DNA from: Octopus bimaculoides
Lineage: Eukaryota
Length of the DNA: 64,000 nt
Direction: 5' to 3'
Assembly: GCF_001194135.2 (NCBI RefSeq)
Contig: NC_068984.1
Coordinates: 66,209,991-66,273,990 of the forward strand
This document shows positions 40,163-52,896 of this stretch, in pieces. The notes under the pieces were generated by a model. The model was not told where the DNA came from. It was given only the letters and a program-made list of their open reading frames with translations, and did no database searches. The translations under genes and the position numbers were made by a program. How positions within the stretch are numbered: the first letter of the stretch is position 1; each line of letters begins with the position of its first letter.

Positions 40163-40699
40163 CACTGCCTTCTTCGCATGTGTACTTTTAGTGCTACTAT
40201 TGTAGTCATGTGATTGAAGTTTGAGCATGATCATGCCAATTTTCTCTCTGGCTTTACAGTATAAGCATGGTCACCCCACTAGCAATGTGCAACAAAGAGC
40301 AGTGATCTGAGAGACAGTAACGGTGAACCAGTTCGCCATTACCATCTTCTTGAGCTTACTGATTCTTCTTGTGAGTGGTGGAGGTTGATGAGCATCCTGC
40401 TCTCTCTTTGTGCATCATGCATGCCCGGCCACCTTTAAACGTCTTGATCCACTTATACACACTTCTATGCAGTAGTGAACTGTCTCTGTGTTGTGCTAAA
40501 AGCTTTCAATGAATTTCAGCATCTGACACACCTTCCAACCAGAGAAATCAAATCACTCCTCTTTGTTCTTCTTTGGTGTACATTGCTAGTGGTGTGGCCA
40601 TGCTAACATTGTAAAGCCAGAAAGAAAAATGGTGTGATCAGGCTCAAGCTTCGATCATGTGACCACAATAGTACCAACTATAATCACACTTGTGCTGAA
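40163..40699 (-). mobile_element. Mariner-derived foldback element: ~145-bp inverted arms around an N-terminal transposase relic
   Basis: 40163-40310 is the reverse complement of 40550-40699. The minus strand from ATG 40601 reads MATPLAMYTKEEQRGVI*FLWLEGVSDAEIH*KLLAQHRDSSLLHRSVYKWIKTFKGGR, a mariner helix-turn-helix region. Confidence 0.85.
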
Positions 40700-43600
40700 G
40701 AACTGCAGTCCAATCAAGATCAGGAAATCCATATAGCAATATTTTCATATTTTCATGTGTCTCCTTCAGATGTTCCTCCTCAAGGAGCAATGATCTTTCA
40801 TATAACATTCTGCTGAAATATTTTGAATTCTTTCTTCTTAAGTATCCTTAAGAATGAGATGAGTTTCTATTTATCATGACTTGCACTATATGTGGGCATG
40901 CAAATTCTATCACAAAAGTCTCTGATAGCATCAATATGTAGATATAACATTGCTGTTTAGAATCTATCGAGGTTTTTTAAATTATTCTGAAGTGCAATAG
41001 TAAAACAAAACTATGCTTCGGTAGGGTGATGGATGAGTAGTTGTTAAAGCATTAAACATATTGTCTTGCAGTATTTGTTCCCACTCTTCGTAGTCTGCGT
41101 TCCAACCCTACTGAAGTCAGCATTTTGTTCTTTTGTTCTGGCTAAATAGTTAGAGTAATGAACAAGATTCCTTGTGGAATCTGCTCCTGTTCTTTGCATT
41201 CTCACAGCAACACTTCTGACACTACAAGTGCCAGGCTCTATCAACTCTAGCCTTTTCTCAGGCAATATTAGTGACAAAGAAAGGAGAGACTTTTATGCAC
41301 GAGCAACAGTAAGTTTACAATCTAAAAATTTTGGTAATTAAACAAAGATTTCAGTATTTTTTTCTTTTTCAGAGTGTGTAAACTATATATCATAAAAAGA
41401 ATATAAATATTCTTGAAATATCAACTGTACTTTTTGTTAAATAAACCAACTAAAAGACTGAAATAATAAATAAATATATAAAAGTTGAAGCCTGGCATTA
41501 TATAATGCATAGAAATATGAATAAAAAGATATGATAATTGAATAATTATTGTATTGTCAAATATGATTACAGTGTGAATTCCATGGTAATCAAATATGAT
41601 TACCATGCTATTCTTGGACTGTCATCTGCTGTGCTTTATTGTTGTTGAGAATTTGTTCTCTGGTCTTCAATATTTCTACTTTGAAAATGAGACTACATAT
41701 ATTCATTAAGTTATCAGTGAACTATTTCTCTTGTTATGTTTAATAACTTCTTGTTCTTCTGTGAAATAGAACTATACATCTATTTTCTATTTGTCTTATG
41801 GCAGCATGTTCTTTTACAGTTCTATGTAATTATTTGTAATGAGTATATAGAACTGGAAATAAACTTGGTACATGATGAGAAATAATTAGTGAAAATGATG
41901 TATTGTTACAGAGAAATATAAGATAAGATGAATATCTTGAAAGTATAATGCACTTTTAGAATAGAAGTTGACCAAGTTTATATGATTCCTGCTTACACAG
42001 TAACTTTCGGATGGTTCACATCTCATTACCAATGCCTATTATATTCATTTAAAGTGTAGATTTTGAATTGTATGTGTTGTATGAGAATGACCATCAATGT
42101 TTTACAACAGTAGATTTAAGTGTTGGTGTTGGAAATTCTTCACAAGATAAAAGCACATGTTCTTAGTATATTTTGATACATATTGTATCAAAACTAACAC
42201 TTGTAACATACAGTTATGTAATATTATTACAGTTATAAATGTTTCTATTTGGCAATAAAGACATTATTCTAACAGACACAGAGGAGTTGGAGTATGGCAC
42301 TTAACACTGAGAGTTCACTAACCTAATATACATTTAATGACCATCTCAATAATCAGTGTAATGATGATTTTAAGCACTATGCAATACAGCCTTTGTTATT
42401 AAAATTTAGGACAATTCATTTCAAATAATGGCAAAACACTATGAATTACCTGCCATAATACACATCAAATGCACCTGGCTAGTGTAGTCTAAACACTAGC
42501 AATATCACTTAGCTGTTGGTTATTTAAAAGGAACTAACAGGGTGTCAAATATAATTTTAGAATTTACTTAAAATGGATTTACTAATTTACTTCAGAAACA
42601 TTGGTTTAAATTACATTGTAGGTATTTTCTTTAATTTGTAAACTCTGTCTTGTTTCACTATACCACTGAATATCAAAGTACAGATTTTATTCTTGGTATT
42701 TAAGATAACGTATAGCTTGCAAGTGATTTTTTTTTTTTTTGTAAGTTCAAACTTCATTGTATACACCAAAATACATGGTAAGTAGTTTCATATGAAGGGA
42801 CAGCTCACTGTTATAAGAAGTGATGTATGATCCATAATGTACCAGCTTCTGCATAACTAACTGTTCTGATAGAAATTGGGGTCAATTCAACCTCTATCAC
42901 ACACTACTTCTTGTAATAAGACTCATATACTATATCTGAAAGCAAGAATTCCTTAGATTTCTTTTGAGCATAGGTCTGCTTAGTCAAGATTGATAAAGTG
43001 CTAAACAACAACAATAACAATAAATACTTAAACACGACATTACTTTTTGATAATCAGTTGAGACACTGACTTTCAATTTCACTATGAATATTTAAAAAAT
43101 TATTAGCTTAGTGATAAGTTACTGCTAAATAAAATCTGCTATGCCAGTTCGATTTCCAAATGATCCAGTTCATTTCACCTACTTCTTATACATATACTTT
43201 TTAGATGTAATCAATTACTTAGAGAGAAATGGACTCCTCCAGGCTGACTTTCAGATTTCAAATACTTATTTGAATGATTTAATTATATAAGATTACTAAA
43301 CTAGATTAGTAAAATAGAATTCTTAAAAACATGTGAGACAAGTTTCTTAAATATTTTCCTTCATTTCCATCTAATTTATGGTATAAAAATATCTTTCTGA
43401 GTCAATGACTTATTTTATTGGTTTCTAACAAAGATTTTGAACTGCAAATGAGAAAAATCTGTACATGGCTGCTCAACGATAGCAGTCAAATTTTTCCAAT
43501 ATTATATATTATTGACATGAAAATAAGAAGCACTGGAAGATGTAACGTAGATGCAGATGCAAAATACCTGAAAAGGAAAAACAAAACAGAAAACAGCATG

Positions 43601-43750
43601 GTCAGAGATGATCATAGCTGGAACATCTTTGATCATAGATGAAGATGATAAAGACTGCAGGCAACAACAACAACAAAAGTTTTGAGACTTCTACGTACAG
43701 GAATAACTCAACTTATGTCATTTCAAGGAACATATTTTTTGTCTTTATGC

Positions 43751-44152
43751 TCTCTTTACTCTATACTCTTTTACTTGTTTCAGTCATTTGGCCATGCTGG
43801 AGCACCGCTTTTAGTCGAGCAAATCAACCCCAGGACTTATTCGTTGTAAGCCTAGTACTTATTCTATTGGTCTCTTTTGCCAAACCGCTAAATTACAAGG
43901 ATGTAAACACACCAGCATCGGTTGTCAAGCGATGAGGGCGGGGGACAAACACAGACACACAAATACACACACACATATACATATACATATATATGACAGG
44001 CTTCTTTCAGTTTCCGTCTACCAAATCCACTCACAAGGTTTGGTCAACCTGAGACTGTAGTAGAAGACACTTGCCCAAGGTGCCATGCAGTGGGACTGAA
44101 CCCAGAACCATGTGGTTGGTAAGCAAGCTACTTACCACACAGCCACTCCTGC
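43751..44152 (-). mobile_element. SINE family B, full length, low divergence
   Basis: Minus strand has GCAGGAGTGGCTGTGTGG (A-box), GGTTCAGTCCC (B-box), internal (TG/TA)n and a GACTGAAACAAGTAAAAGAG tail. Confidence 0.9.
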
Positions 44153-44309
44153 TGTATATTTTTCTTTTAAGATATAAATGAGAAAATTAGCTTCAACTTC
44201 AATCAATTTATCTGACTTTGCATCAGTGACATATTTCAAAAGCATGAAATAAAAAAAAAAACATCTAAAAAATACATGTGAAAATATGTAATAACCATCT
44301 ATTACACAG

Positions 44310-45240
44310 GTCAGGTTAGGTCAGATAGAAGGGCATGCACCAATGCAGAACATCGCTACATTCACCAATTGTTGGTATTCGCTTCAGTCATCCCAGGCAA
44401 TCTTTCAAGTAATGTCCCAGTCAGACCACATCTCTGCAAGAAACTTTTCCATTCACTGTGACCATGTGGCAATTGGTCAACCAGCATGAGCCATAATCCC
44501 AACCAGACCTCAGAGAAGAGAACATATGTTTTGTATTGTGGGAACTTCAGGCCAAAGAATAAACCCAACTTTTTCTCTACACCTCATAAAAGGCAACTAA
44601 AAGTGGTTGAGGCAGGATTTTCACTCCAGCCTTGTAAAACCTTACCAGCGATGACTACCCAAAGAAACCCATCAAATCCTCTGGGAAAGTACTTCAACTG
44701 CTAATAAGGTACAAGCAGTTGAGGCATAGCCATCAAGAACTCTACCTCATGAATGGGGAAATCTCTAGAGGACAGGTTGGGATGACAGGCCGTCACTTGA
44801 ATGGCACAAAGCTGACATCCACCAAGAGTAGGGAATTTGTTTTTCAATCTGAGGGGTCCTATTCTGTTGAGGTCCTGGAATGTTGTGTCTGAGGGATAAT
44901 TTCAGATATACAGGTTCTTCTGGGTGCTGATGCAGTGACCTACAACTCTCATTCTTCTCTGCTGAATCTTCTCAGTCACTTTGGATAGATCTTGATAAAG
45001 CTGCTCATTGGTTAAATGAGTTCTCCAAGTAACATTTAGAGCTATTCAATTTGTCTTATGGCAGTCAGTTGAAGGAAGAATCATCAGGGAAGAAAACGTC
45101 TAACCAATGTGGACATCTTGCTTCAGGATAGTGGAATGGCAAATGTTGACGAATTGAGAACATGCATGGCAGGGCCATGATGAATGTCATGGTTATATGA
45201 AATCAATGAAGCATATGGAAGGATGGCCAAACTAAAACTT
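44310..45240 (+). mobile_element. Rearranged RTE-type LINE relic with an internal inversion
   Basis: Minus strand 45045-44893 reads IALNVTWRTHLTNEQLYQDLSKVTEKIQQRRMRVVGHCI..PEEPVSEII. Plus strand from 45056 reads LWQSVEGR.HQGRKRLTNVDILLQDSGMANVDELRTCMA. Both resemble the RTE ORF C-terminus. The left boundary is approximate. Confidence 0.75.
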
Positions 45241-45669
45241 ATAGATTTTTAGAAAGATGTTTTCTCGTGTCACATCATTTTTGGAGTTAAATCGCATGTC
45301 TTAGAACCCGTTACCAATGTAAGTTGAGATATGTTTGAACTTTTGTCATAGTGTAGTCAACTGAATGAGCTCTTCCCAACCCATGAATGATCGGTATTTT
45401 TCATCAGTCCTGTAAAGATGAAAAATCAAATTCAAATCTGGTGGAATATGAACTAAGAATGTAGAGAATAAAGATTAAAGAATGTAAAATCATTTAGTCT
45501 GGTAGTCTGTTATTTCTGCCAACTCATCCCAGAAATTATGCTATTGATTGCTTCTGTAGGATGATTACATAGTCTACAGTTGATGTTAGACTCTTGTTTT
45601 ATTATCCTATTTTAGCAGCTTTCATCATCATCATCATCATCATCAACATCAGCACCATCATCATCATCA

Positions 45670-45701
<32 letters not shown>

Positions 45702-46068
45702 GTCATCATCACCACCAATATCACCATCATCATCATCATCAACAACAACATCATTATTTGTGGATAATCATTGATCTTATGCAGATAAAAATCAGTTCTT
45801 TAATTTCTGTCTTTAGACCAAAGCTTTTAAGCCATTGTTATCTTTCATACTGGCTCACTTAGTCTCTGTCCATTCTTGCAGGATGCTGACCATGAAGAAG
45901 TCTTTCTCTCCATTTTATTCTTTAGTATTTTTGGAGTTCCACTTCTATTTAATCTTTTGTTCATTTCACATTTTCAGTTGTTTTGTCGGGTTTTTTTTTT
46001 TTTTTATTATCTAAACATATTTACTTGAAGTACTTAGTTTCTTGTTTTGAATTTCTTGTTTTTATTTT

Positions 46069-46100
<32 letters not shown>

Positions 46101-46267
46101 ACATATATAAAAAAAATGTTTTTTTTATAAATATTTTTCTCATATTATACTAATCAGTCTATATTTGCTTGTTTGCAAATATTTTTGTAGACCCTCTGTG
46201 GTTACTTTATAAAAGTTTGCTTATTATTATTATTATTTTTACCACCACCACCACCACTACTACTACT

Positions 46268-46793
46268 AAGGTGGTGGATTGGTAGAATTGTAAGAACTAA
46301 GGCGATGAACTGGCAGAAACGTGAGCATGCTGGGTGAAATGCTTAGCAGTATTTTGTCTGCCACTATGTTGTGAGTTCAAATTCCGCCGAGGTCGACTTT
46401 GCCTTTCATCCTTTCGGGGTCGATTAAATAAGTACCAGTTACGAACTGGGGTCGATATAATCGACTTAATCTGTTTGTCTATCCTTGTTTGTCCCCTCTG
46501 TGTGTAGCCCCTTGTGGGCAACAAAGAAATAAGAATTGTAAGAACATTAAACAAAGTAACTTGTGGTATTTCATGCTGCCCTTTACATTTGAAGTTCATA
46601 TCCAGTTTGTCCTCACCACCACTTGATGGTTTGTTTACGTCCCCATAACTTAGTGGTTCAACAAAAAAGAGCAATAGAATAAGTAGCAGGCTTAATAAAA
46701 AAAAACAAATACTAGGATCGATTTGTTTTCAAGGTAGTACCCCATCATGGCCACAGTCCAATGACTGAAACGGGTAAAAGATAAAGATAAAAA
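46268..46793 (+). mobile_element. Older SINE (family A-like head, family B-like tail) interrupted by a younger SINE
   Basis: The head AAGGTGGTGGATTGGTAGAATTGTAAGAAC resumes at 46546 and ends CCACAGTCCAATGACTGAAAC..GTAAAAGATAAAG. Confidence 0.7.
46298..46531 (+). mobile_element. Young SINE family A with a 14-bp target-site duplication
   Basis: CpG-rich intact copy; AGAATTGTAAGAAC at 46284-46297 and 46532-46545. Confidence 0.92.
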
Positions 46794-46820
46794 TATGTAA
46801 AATAGTCAAAGCAGAAACTA

Positions 46821-47010
46821 TTATCATCATCATCATCATCATTTAATGTCTGTTGTCCATGGGTTGGCTGGTTTGACCAGGGCTGGGAAGCTAAGGGGCT
46901 GCACCAGACTCCAGTCTGATTTGGTATGGCTTTATAGGTGGACGCCCTTCCTAATGTCAACCACTTAAAGAATGTAATAGGTGCCAGTTGCATGATACCA
47001 GTATCTGCCA
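46821..47010 (-). mobile_element. Family C element, 3' part
   Basis: (CAT)n-TTTAATGTC..GTCCATGGGTTGG...GGCTGCACCAGACTCCAGTCTGATTTGG...CCCTTCCTAATG.CAACCAC. Confidence 0.75.
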
Positions 47011-47119
47011 TGGGAATGCTTTTGGTTATGAATCTGTTCAGTTATGGATAACTGGGGTATTTTTAAATATCCAATGTCTGAAGTTGGGCATTTAAAAAGA
47101 AAGGAAAGAACAGCATTAA

Positions 47120-47340
47120 CTCTTTAGCATTCAAATTGCTCTGTCAGATGTAATGCTTATTTATTCACATTGTTTTGATTTAATCATGCATTACCTTGTA
47201 GCTATGAGATTTTGATAACATAACTGTTAATATATTAGAATGATATTGTAGGGTTGGTGTGAGAAACCACATCTGGCCTGTTTGAACATGAAACAAGTAG
47301 AATATTTTGGTTGGAAATGGCTGGTTTAAATGCTGAAAGG
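47120..47340. mobile_element. piggyBac-like MITE family 1
   Basis: TTAA-CTCTTTAGCATT...AATGCTGAAAGG-TTAA; the body is collinear with 30708-30906. Confidence 0.82.
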
Positions 47341-47517
47341 TTAAGCTGTTGAAATAACATCCAGACAGAGCAGTTGAATTGTGAATGAAATTTAAATGTT
47401 TCATAGGTTATTACTTTTATGTTAAAAGTATTTTTGATGTACACAGATTCCAGATACTAATGACATAACTAACAATCTACTGGAATTGCCCATTTATTTT
47501 GTATTTTCATTTTACAG

Positions 47518-47583
47518 CCAATTTTCCCTACTGGCCTGAATTCTGACAGCCAACATGAGGTTTTGAATGCAGTTACTTTACAA
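47518..47583 (+). other. Candidate 66-nt phase-0 exon (PIFPTGLNSDSQHEVLNAVTLQ), host gene unknown
   Basis: Strong acceptor TTTATTTTGTATTTTCATTTTACAG, one open frame, donor CAA|GTAAAT. No homology recognised and no partner exon found. Confidence 0.2.
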
Positions 47584-48424
47584 GTAAATTATTTTCAGTG
47601 GCATTAGTATTTATTTTTCAGATATATAAGATTGCAGCTAGTAACAGGCTTTCAAAACTTGAGTCTGAACTCCATGAGAAAACAAAAAATAAAAAGCAAA
47701 CAAAAACAGACAAAAAACATCAATACTAGTAATCATAAACTGGCTTCAATCTGAATCATTCCTACACCATATGAGGTTATTACACTGTTATGATATGTAT
47801 CTCATAATGATTTATAGTAAAATAAATAAACAAACAAATAAATAAACAAACAAATAAATAAATATATAAAGGATGCAGTTTTATCTCTCGTACATGCTTC
47901 ATTTCCATCAATCAACCATCAACATCATCCATCTTTTGAAGCTTATTCATCCAATTTATTCCTTCAAAACTTTTTATAAACACTTTTAACAATGGTTTTT
48001 CACTGTAGCTACAAGTTGCCAAAGATGAAAATATATTAAATCCTCTTGGAAACTTTCCATAGCTTTCTCCTAATTTTTTCAGTTTTTTCTTTGTTTTTCT
48101 TCTAATGATTTTGTTTTATTGTTAGAAATTAAACAATTATGTGTTATTCACAGTATTTCTAGTCATAGTTTCCTTTGAAGTTGGATATTAAAAAACAAAA
48201 AAACAATTTTTTTTTTTTTTTACAATTAAATTTTAGAATAAAATTTTATAAACACAGAAGAAGAGAATGGTGCGTGGGGCAATCAATATCTTAGTAGTGT
48301 ACAGGCACACAAAGTATTGCCACAAACAATTGTTATTACCATGATTTAAAAGCTATATATTTTGTCCTGGTGGCATTAGTTAAGATTTATCTCTTGATCA
48401 TCTCTTCACTTTAAAATTAGTTAC

Positions 48425-49480
48425 ATAATGAGCTGACACAGAGCCACGCCAACTCAAAAGGCATCATAATCCAGCACTGTACCAATCTGGAGCACTGGGA
48501 AACAACTTAGCCAGACACTACTTTATGGCTCATGAGTAGCTCTCAACTGAGTTAGGTGATGTCGATTTTGGCCACACTAGTTTGTTTCTATTGCATCCAT
48601 ATTAAACAAGTATATGTCTGACAATGATGCATACTTGCACTGCTGGCCATCTTTTGTCCTTATCGCATCAATGGGTGGATCACAACCACCGAGGTGTTGC
48701 TTTTAAGGATGTGTCAGTGATAGCGGCACCACAGCTAAGGGGCATATACAAAATAAGGTCATTCTATCTGAGTGTTTATTTTTTCCTGTTGCACTCCAGT
48801 CCGGTCAACTCCAAGATTGCCAGTATTCCAGTAGATATCAAGGATTGCTTCATTATCCATTTTTTTATCATGTCAGGTACAATTCCTGGCATTGAAGTGG
48901 TAAGACAGTCATATTACCCCTTCAGTTTAGCCTGTCAACTGTATTTTAACATTTGGTACACAATGAACTACTAAGCCAGTTTGGAAGGCACTTGGCTAGC
49001 ATAGTATTAACTGAAGGCACCAGAAAGCAAACCCTTCTCAAAATTTGTGGTTTTGTCAAAGTTACAAGCTATTATTTTCTCCTAGTTCATTATTTCCAGC
49101 TTTCTCCATCCTTCACAAGAAATTTGCTAAGTATCTCCTGTTATCTCTGTCATGCAAAGATATTATTTCAAAAGCTAACATATTCATGGCTCACGTGCAT
49201 TTGCCAATCATGCCAGATCTTGTTGATCTGGTTTGGTCTCCAGTTACACACTCTACATGTCTCTCAGCAGCTGTCACATTCTAATTTAATTATTTCTTTT
49301 CAGTGACTGTATAGTTTCAACAACAAAATGAAACAGCAATACCTCCAAAACAGGTTATATAAAACAGGTTATATAAAACAGGCAGATGAGGAGGATCCTG
49401 TAGCAGTGATCCTCTCAGTCAATGTTACTGTAGTCTGCAGGGAGGAGATATGTGCTGGCAATGCAAAATCAGATTAACTC
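48425..49480 (-). mobile_element. Heavily decayed non-LTR retrotransposon relic, CRE-like C-terminal region
   Basis: Minus strand 48575-48428 reads NRHHLTQLRATHEP*SSVWLSCFPVLQIGTVLDYDAF*VGVALCQL, resembling the SGAWLxxxP...LD..F.I.VAL motif upstream of the zinc knuckle in CRE-clade elements. The extent toward 49480 is inferred from composition only. Confidence 0.5.
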
Positions 49481-52130
49481 TTATTTCCTAAGCTTATGAT
49501 TTTAGTGATAGAGTTGCTGTCATCAACTGTTGTTGTTGAAACTAACATTGGATATATCTGCTAATGTAAGCATTATCAGTCAATAGATTGCTGTGATGTG
49601 ATAAGCTTCATGGTATACTGCAGGTGGGTGTGTGTGTGGGGGAAGTATATAAATTTGGGTTTTGTGAAACAGTTTTTCAGTATAACGTAGGTTGTATATG
49701 CATTCAGGCAATTCAGATGCTCTGTAATTCATGTTCCTTAAGCGTATTTTTGTGAGATATTATGAGTATAATACTACTGACCATGATGACAAGTTCCTCA
49801 TCCAGCATAGTGTGGATATCGAGCAACTCATTGAGCTAACTTTTGATTGTGTCTGTTGTACTCAGATAACGAAGGGTCAAATTATCAATCAAATATTCTA
49901 TTTCATTTTTCTAAAAGCATTTTAATGCTTTGTCTCAAGTTTCCAGATATATTTACATTATTCTCATATGATTTATGCCAGCAAAGTAAAGCAAACTACA
50001 TATGCATATATACAAGAAAGTCAATTTTAAAATTCATTTGCAACTATGAAATTAGAAGCCTATGTAAAAAATGCAATATAAACTGGAATTTCAGTTACGA
50101 GATTTTTTGCTGAAGTATGCTTCTCAGAATTGAGAGTTTTCATACTTGATTTAGATAACTTTATAGATATTATTACAGAGATTTAAGGGAAAAAAATGCA
50201 AAATCAAAAAGTTTGCCTATTCTACTCTTGTACTGTCTCTATTGCTTAGAATATATATTTTGCAAATTCTTACAGTTCTGCCTGCGTTATTATTTAGATA
50301 ACCATTTGCCTATCAGTGAAACATTTTGCTTAAATATTGCAGTTAAGTACATTTTTCAAAACCAAGAACAATATTGCTTTATAGAATAAAATTGATGGCA
50401 TATAGTGGGTGAGCATTTGTTAAAGTCCAAAATATTTTTTTCTTTCTGAAAGACGAAACCCTGCAATTTTACATATATATATAAAGGGATTCCATACTGT
50501 TTATTGTTTGCTACAGCATATGAAAAAATGTTAAAAGATGAAATCATCAACGTAAGGTAAAAAAGTAAATACTGTGGTGAGAAAAAGAAATAACTTAACA
50601 TTAAAATCCTCTACTTAGATAATATAAACTATGCCAACACATGTTAAGATAATGACAGAATAGTTTGAGAGAAAATTTCTATACTAACAAAGCATATAAT
50701 TTTGTTTAGGTGCCACCTGAGGTCATTGAACTAGTTACAAATAGCAACAAAATAGCTGCAAGATCACCTTCAAATAATACCCTACCATCTACAAAACTTG
50801 TGGAGACATAAGATGATGTAGTCCTGGATAGAGTATAGTTGGATAGTCATAGATGGAACGTCTGTGATCATAGATTTATTGATCAATGATGGACTTGGGC
50901 TAAACAACAACCTTAAAAGTTTTTTCATTGTTATTTGTTGTTTGATGCTTTAGACTAGATCGACCTTGTTTGGGGAAAAACTATGGTGGGAAGTATTCTT
51001 AGTTTGATCCTACCAACTTTTATTCAGACATAGTGTATCAAGAACTACGTTATCCAAGATATAGTGTTGTATCTCACACAAGATATGACTAGAATTTATG
51101 CATGTGTGCATGTATGTGTGTGATAGTAATAAAAATTTCATAAATAAAAGGAAAATATTTCTTAACATCAAGTTTAGTAAATGAAATAGAATACAAGCAT
51201 CTCCTACATTATGGCTACTTCAGGTTACAGGATATCGTGCTTATGGTAATTGTAAAGTATGACTACCAATTTCAGGCTATGATCTGTAATTTCTCTCTTA
51301 CGGAAACTGAGATAAATTTTAAGAATTTAAATCTACACTTTCTTCTTAGCCAAAAGGGTGCTTCTCTACGTTTTATCTTACATCAAATTAGTTATCAATT
51401 TGAAGAACCATAATCATCATACATACATACAGACAGACACATATACATATGCACACACACATATATATGTATGTATATATATATATATATTATATACATG
51501 TATATCTGTATGTGTGATTGTGTTAGTGTTTGTGTATCGCTATAAACACTTCTGGAATGTGATGCGGAATATTTCATCGTGAATGTGTGTGTGTATTTCC
51601 TTAGTTCACAATGAGCACCTTTTTAAGTGTCTATTTATATACATATATATATACATACATATATATGTATATATATATATAATTATATAAAGTAACTTTC
51701 ACCACTACCACCATCACCACCACTGTCATCAACTTTAACACAGCCATTATCAATACTAAACCCAATACAATCAAACACCATTATCAACCGACCAATTCCT
51801 TAATGATCAACAACAATGGTAACAATAGTGTGAACAAGATAAGCAACTCCTGTCTCTATAATAAATAATAAAAAAAAACCTATCACGAGATAATGTGGTA
51901 CTCTAGTGTATTTTAAATGTTGAATGAAATGTCTTTGACCTTGGGTCAATGAGCATTGTTTTGAGACTAAACAGCAACAACAATACAGTTAACAAGCACA
52001 ACGTGACCAGTGCCACCACTGACGATACTCCTGCTGTCATATTCACCTCCATCACCAACACCACCACTACTACAAACCCAACATACATACATAATACATA
52101 CATACATACATATATACATAATGCATACAT

Positions 52131-52524
52131 AGGAGCAGGAGTCGCTGTGTGTTAAGAAGCTTGCTTCTCAACCACATAGTTCAGAGTTCAGTCCCACTGC
52201 GTAGCACTTTGGGCAAATGTCTTCTACTATAGCCTCGGGCTTACCAAAGCCTTGTGATTGGATTTGGTAGATGGAAAATGAAAGAAGCCTGTTGTATATA
52301 TATGTGTGTGTTTGTGCGTTTGTCCCCACCACCATCACTTGACAACCAATGTTGGTGTGTTTACGTCCCTGTAATTTAGAGGTTTGGCATTAGGGACCGA
52401 TAGAATAAGTACTAGGCTTATAAAGAATAAGTCCTGGGGTCGATTTGTTCAGCTAAAGGCGGTGCTCCAGCATGGCTGCAGTCAAATGACTGAAACAAGT
52501 AAAAGAATAAAGAATAAAAGAATA
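52131..52524 (+). mobile_element. SINE family B, full length
   Basis: AGGAGCAGGAGTCGCTGTGTG...GAGTTCAGTCCC...GGCAAATGTCTTCTACTATAGCC...GACTGAAACAAGT(AAAAGAAT)n. Confidence 0.9.
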
Positions 52525-52596
52525 CATACATACATTTATATGTATATAAACATACATTACGATTTGCTGTATTTCAGAAAAATCATCATGTCATAT

Positions 52597-52890
52597 GAAA
52601 TCGTAGTCATGGCTGGTGCTGGTGACACATAAAAGGTATCTGTGCTAGTGACATGTAAAGGACACTTGTGCTGCTAATATGCAAATAAGGTACTCATGCC
52701 ATCAGTGACACATAACAGGCATCCACTACACTTTTGGAGTTGTTGGCATTAGGAAGAACATCCAGCCATAGAAACTACACCAAATCAGACTGCAACTTGG
52801 TGCAGTTCTCCGGCTTATCAGTTACGGTCAAACCATCTGACCCATGCCAGCATGGAAAGCAGATGCTAAATGATGATGATGATGATAATG
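52597..52890 (+). mobile_element. Family C element, diverged, (ATG)n tail
   Basis: TTGGCATTAGGAAG..CATCCAGCC.TAGAAAC...CCCATGCCAGCATGGAAAGCAGATGCTAAATGATGATG. Confidence 0.78.
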
Positions 52891-52896
52891 GTGATA

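Noticed and set aside
43470-43568. Strong minus-strand acceptor at about 43568
   Set aside because: All three frames close within about 90 nt and no good donor was found.
48624-49306. Plus-strand ORFs of 116, 117 and 79 aa
   Set aside because: They lie antisense to the decayed retrotransposon relic and show no protein-like motif.
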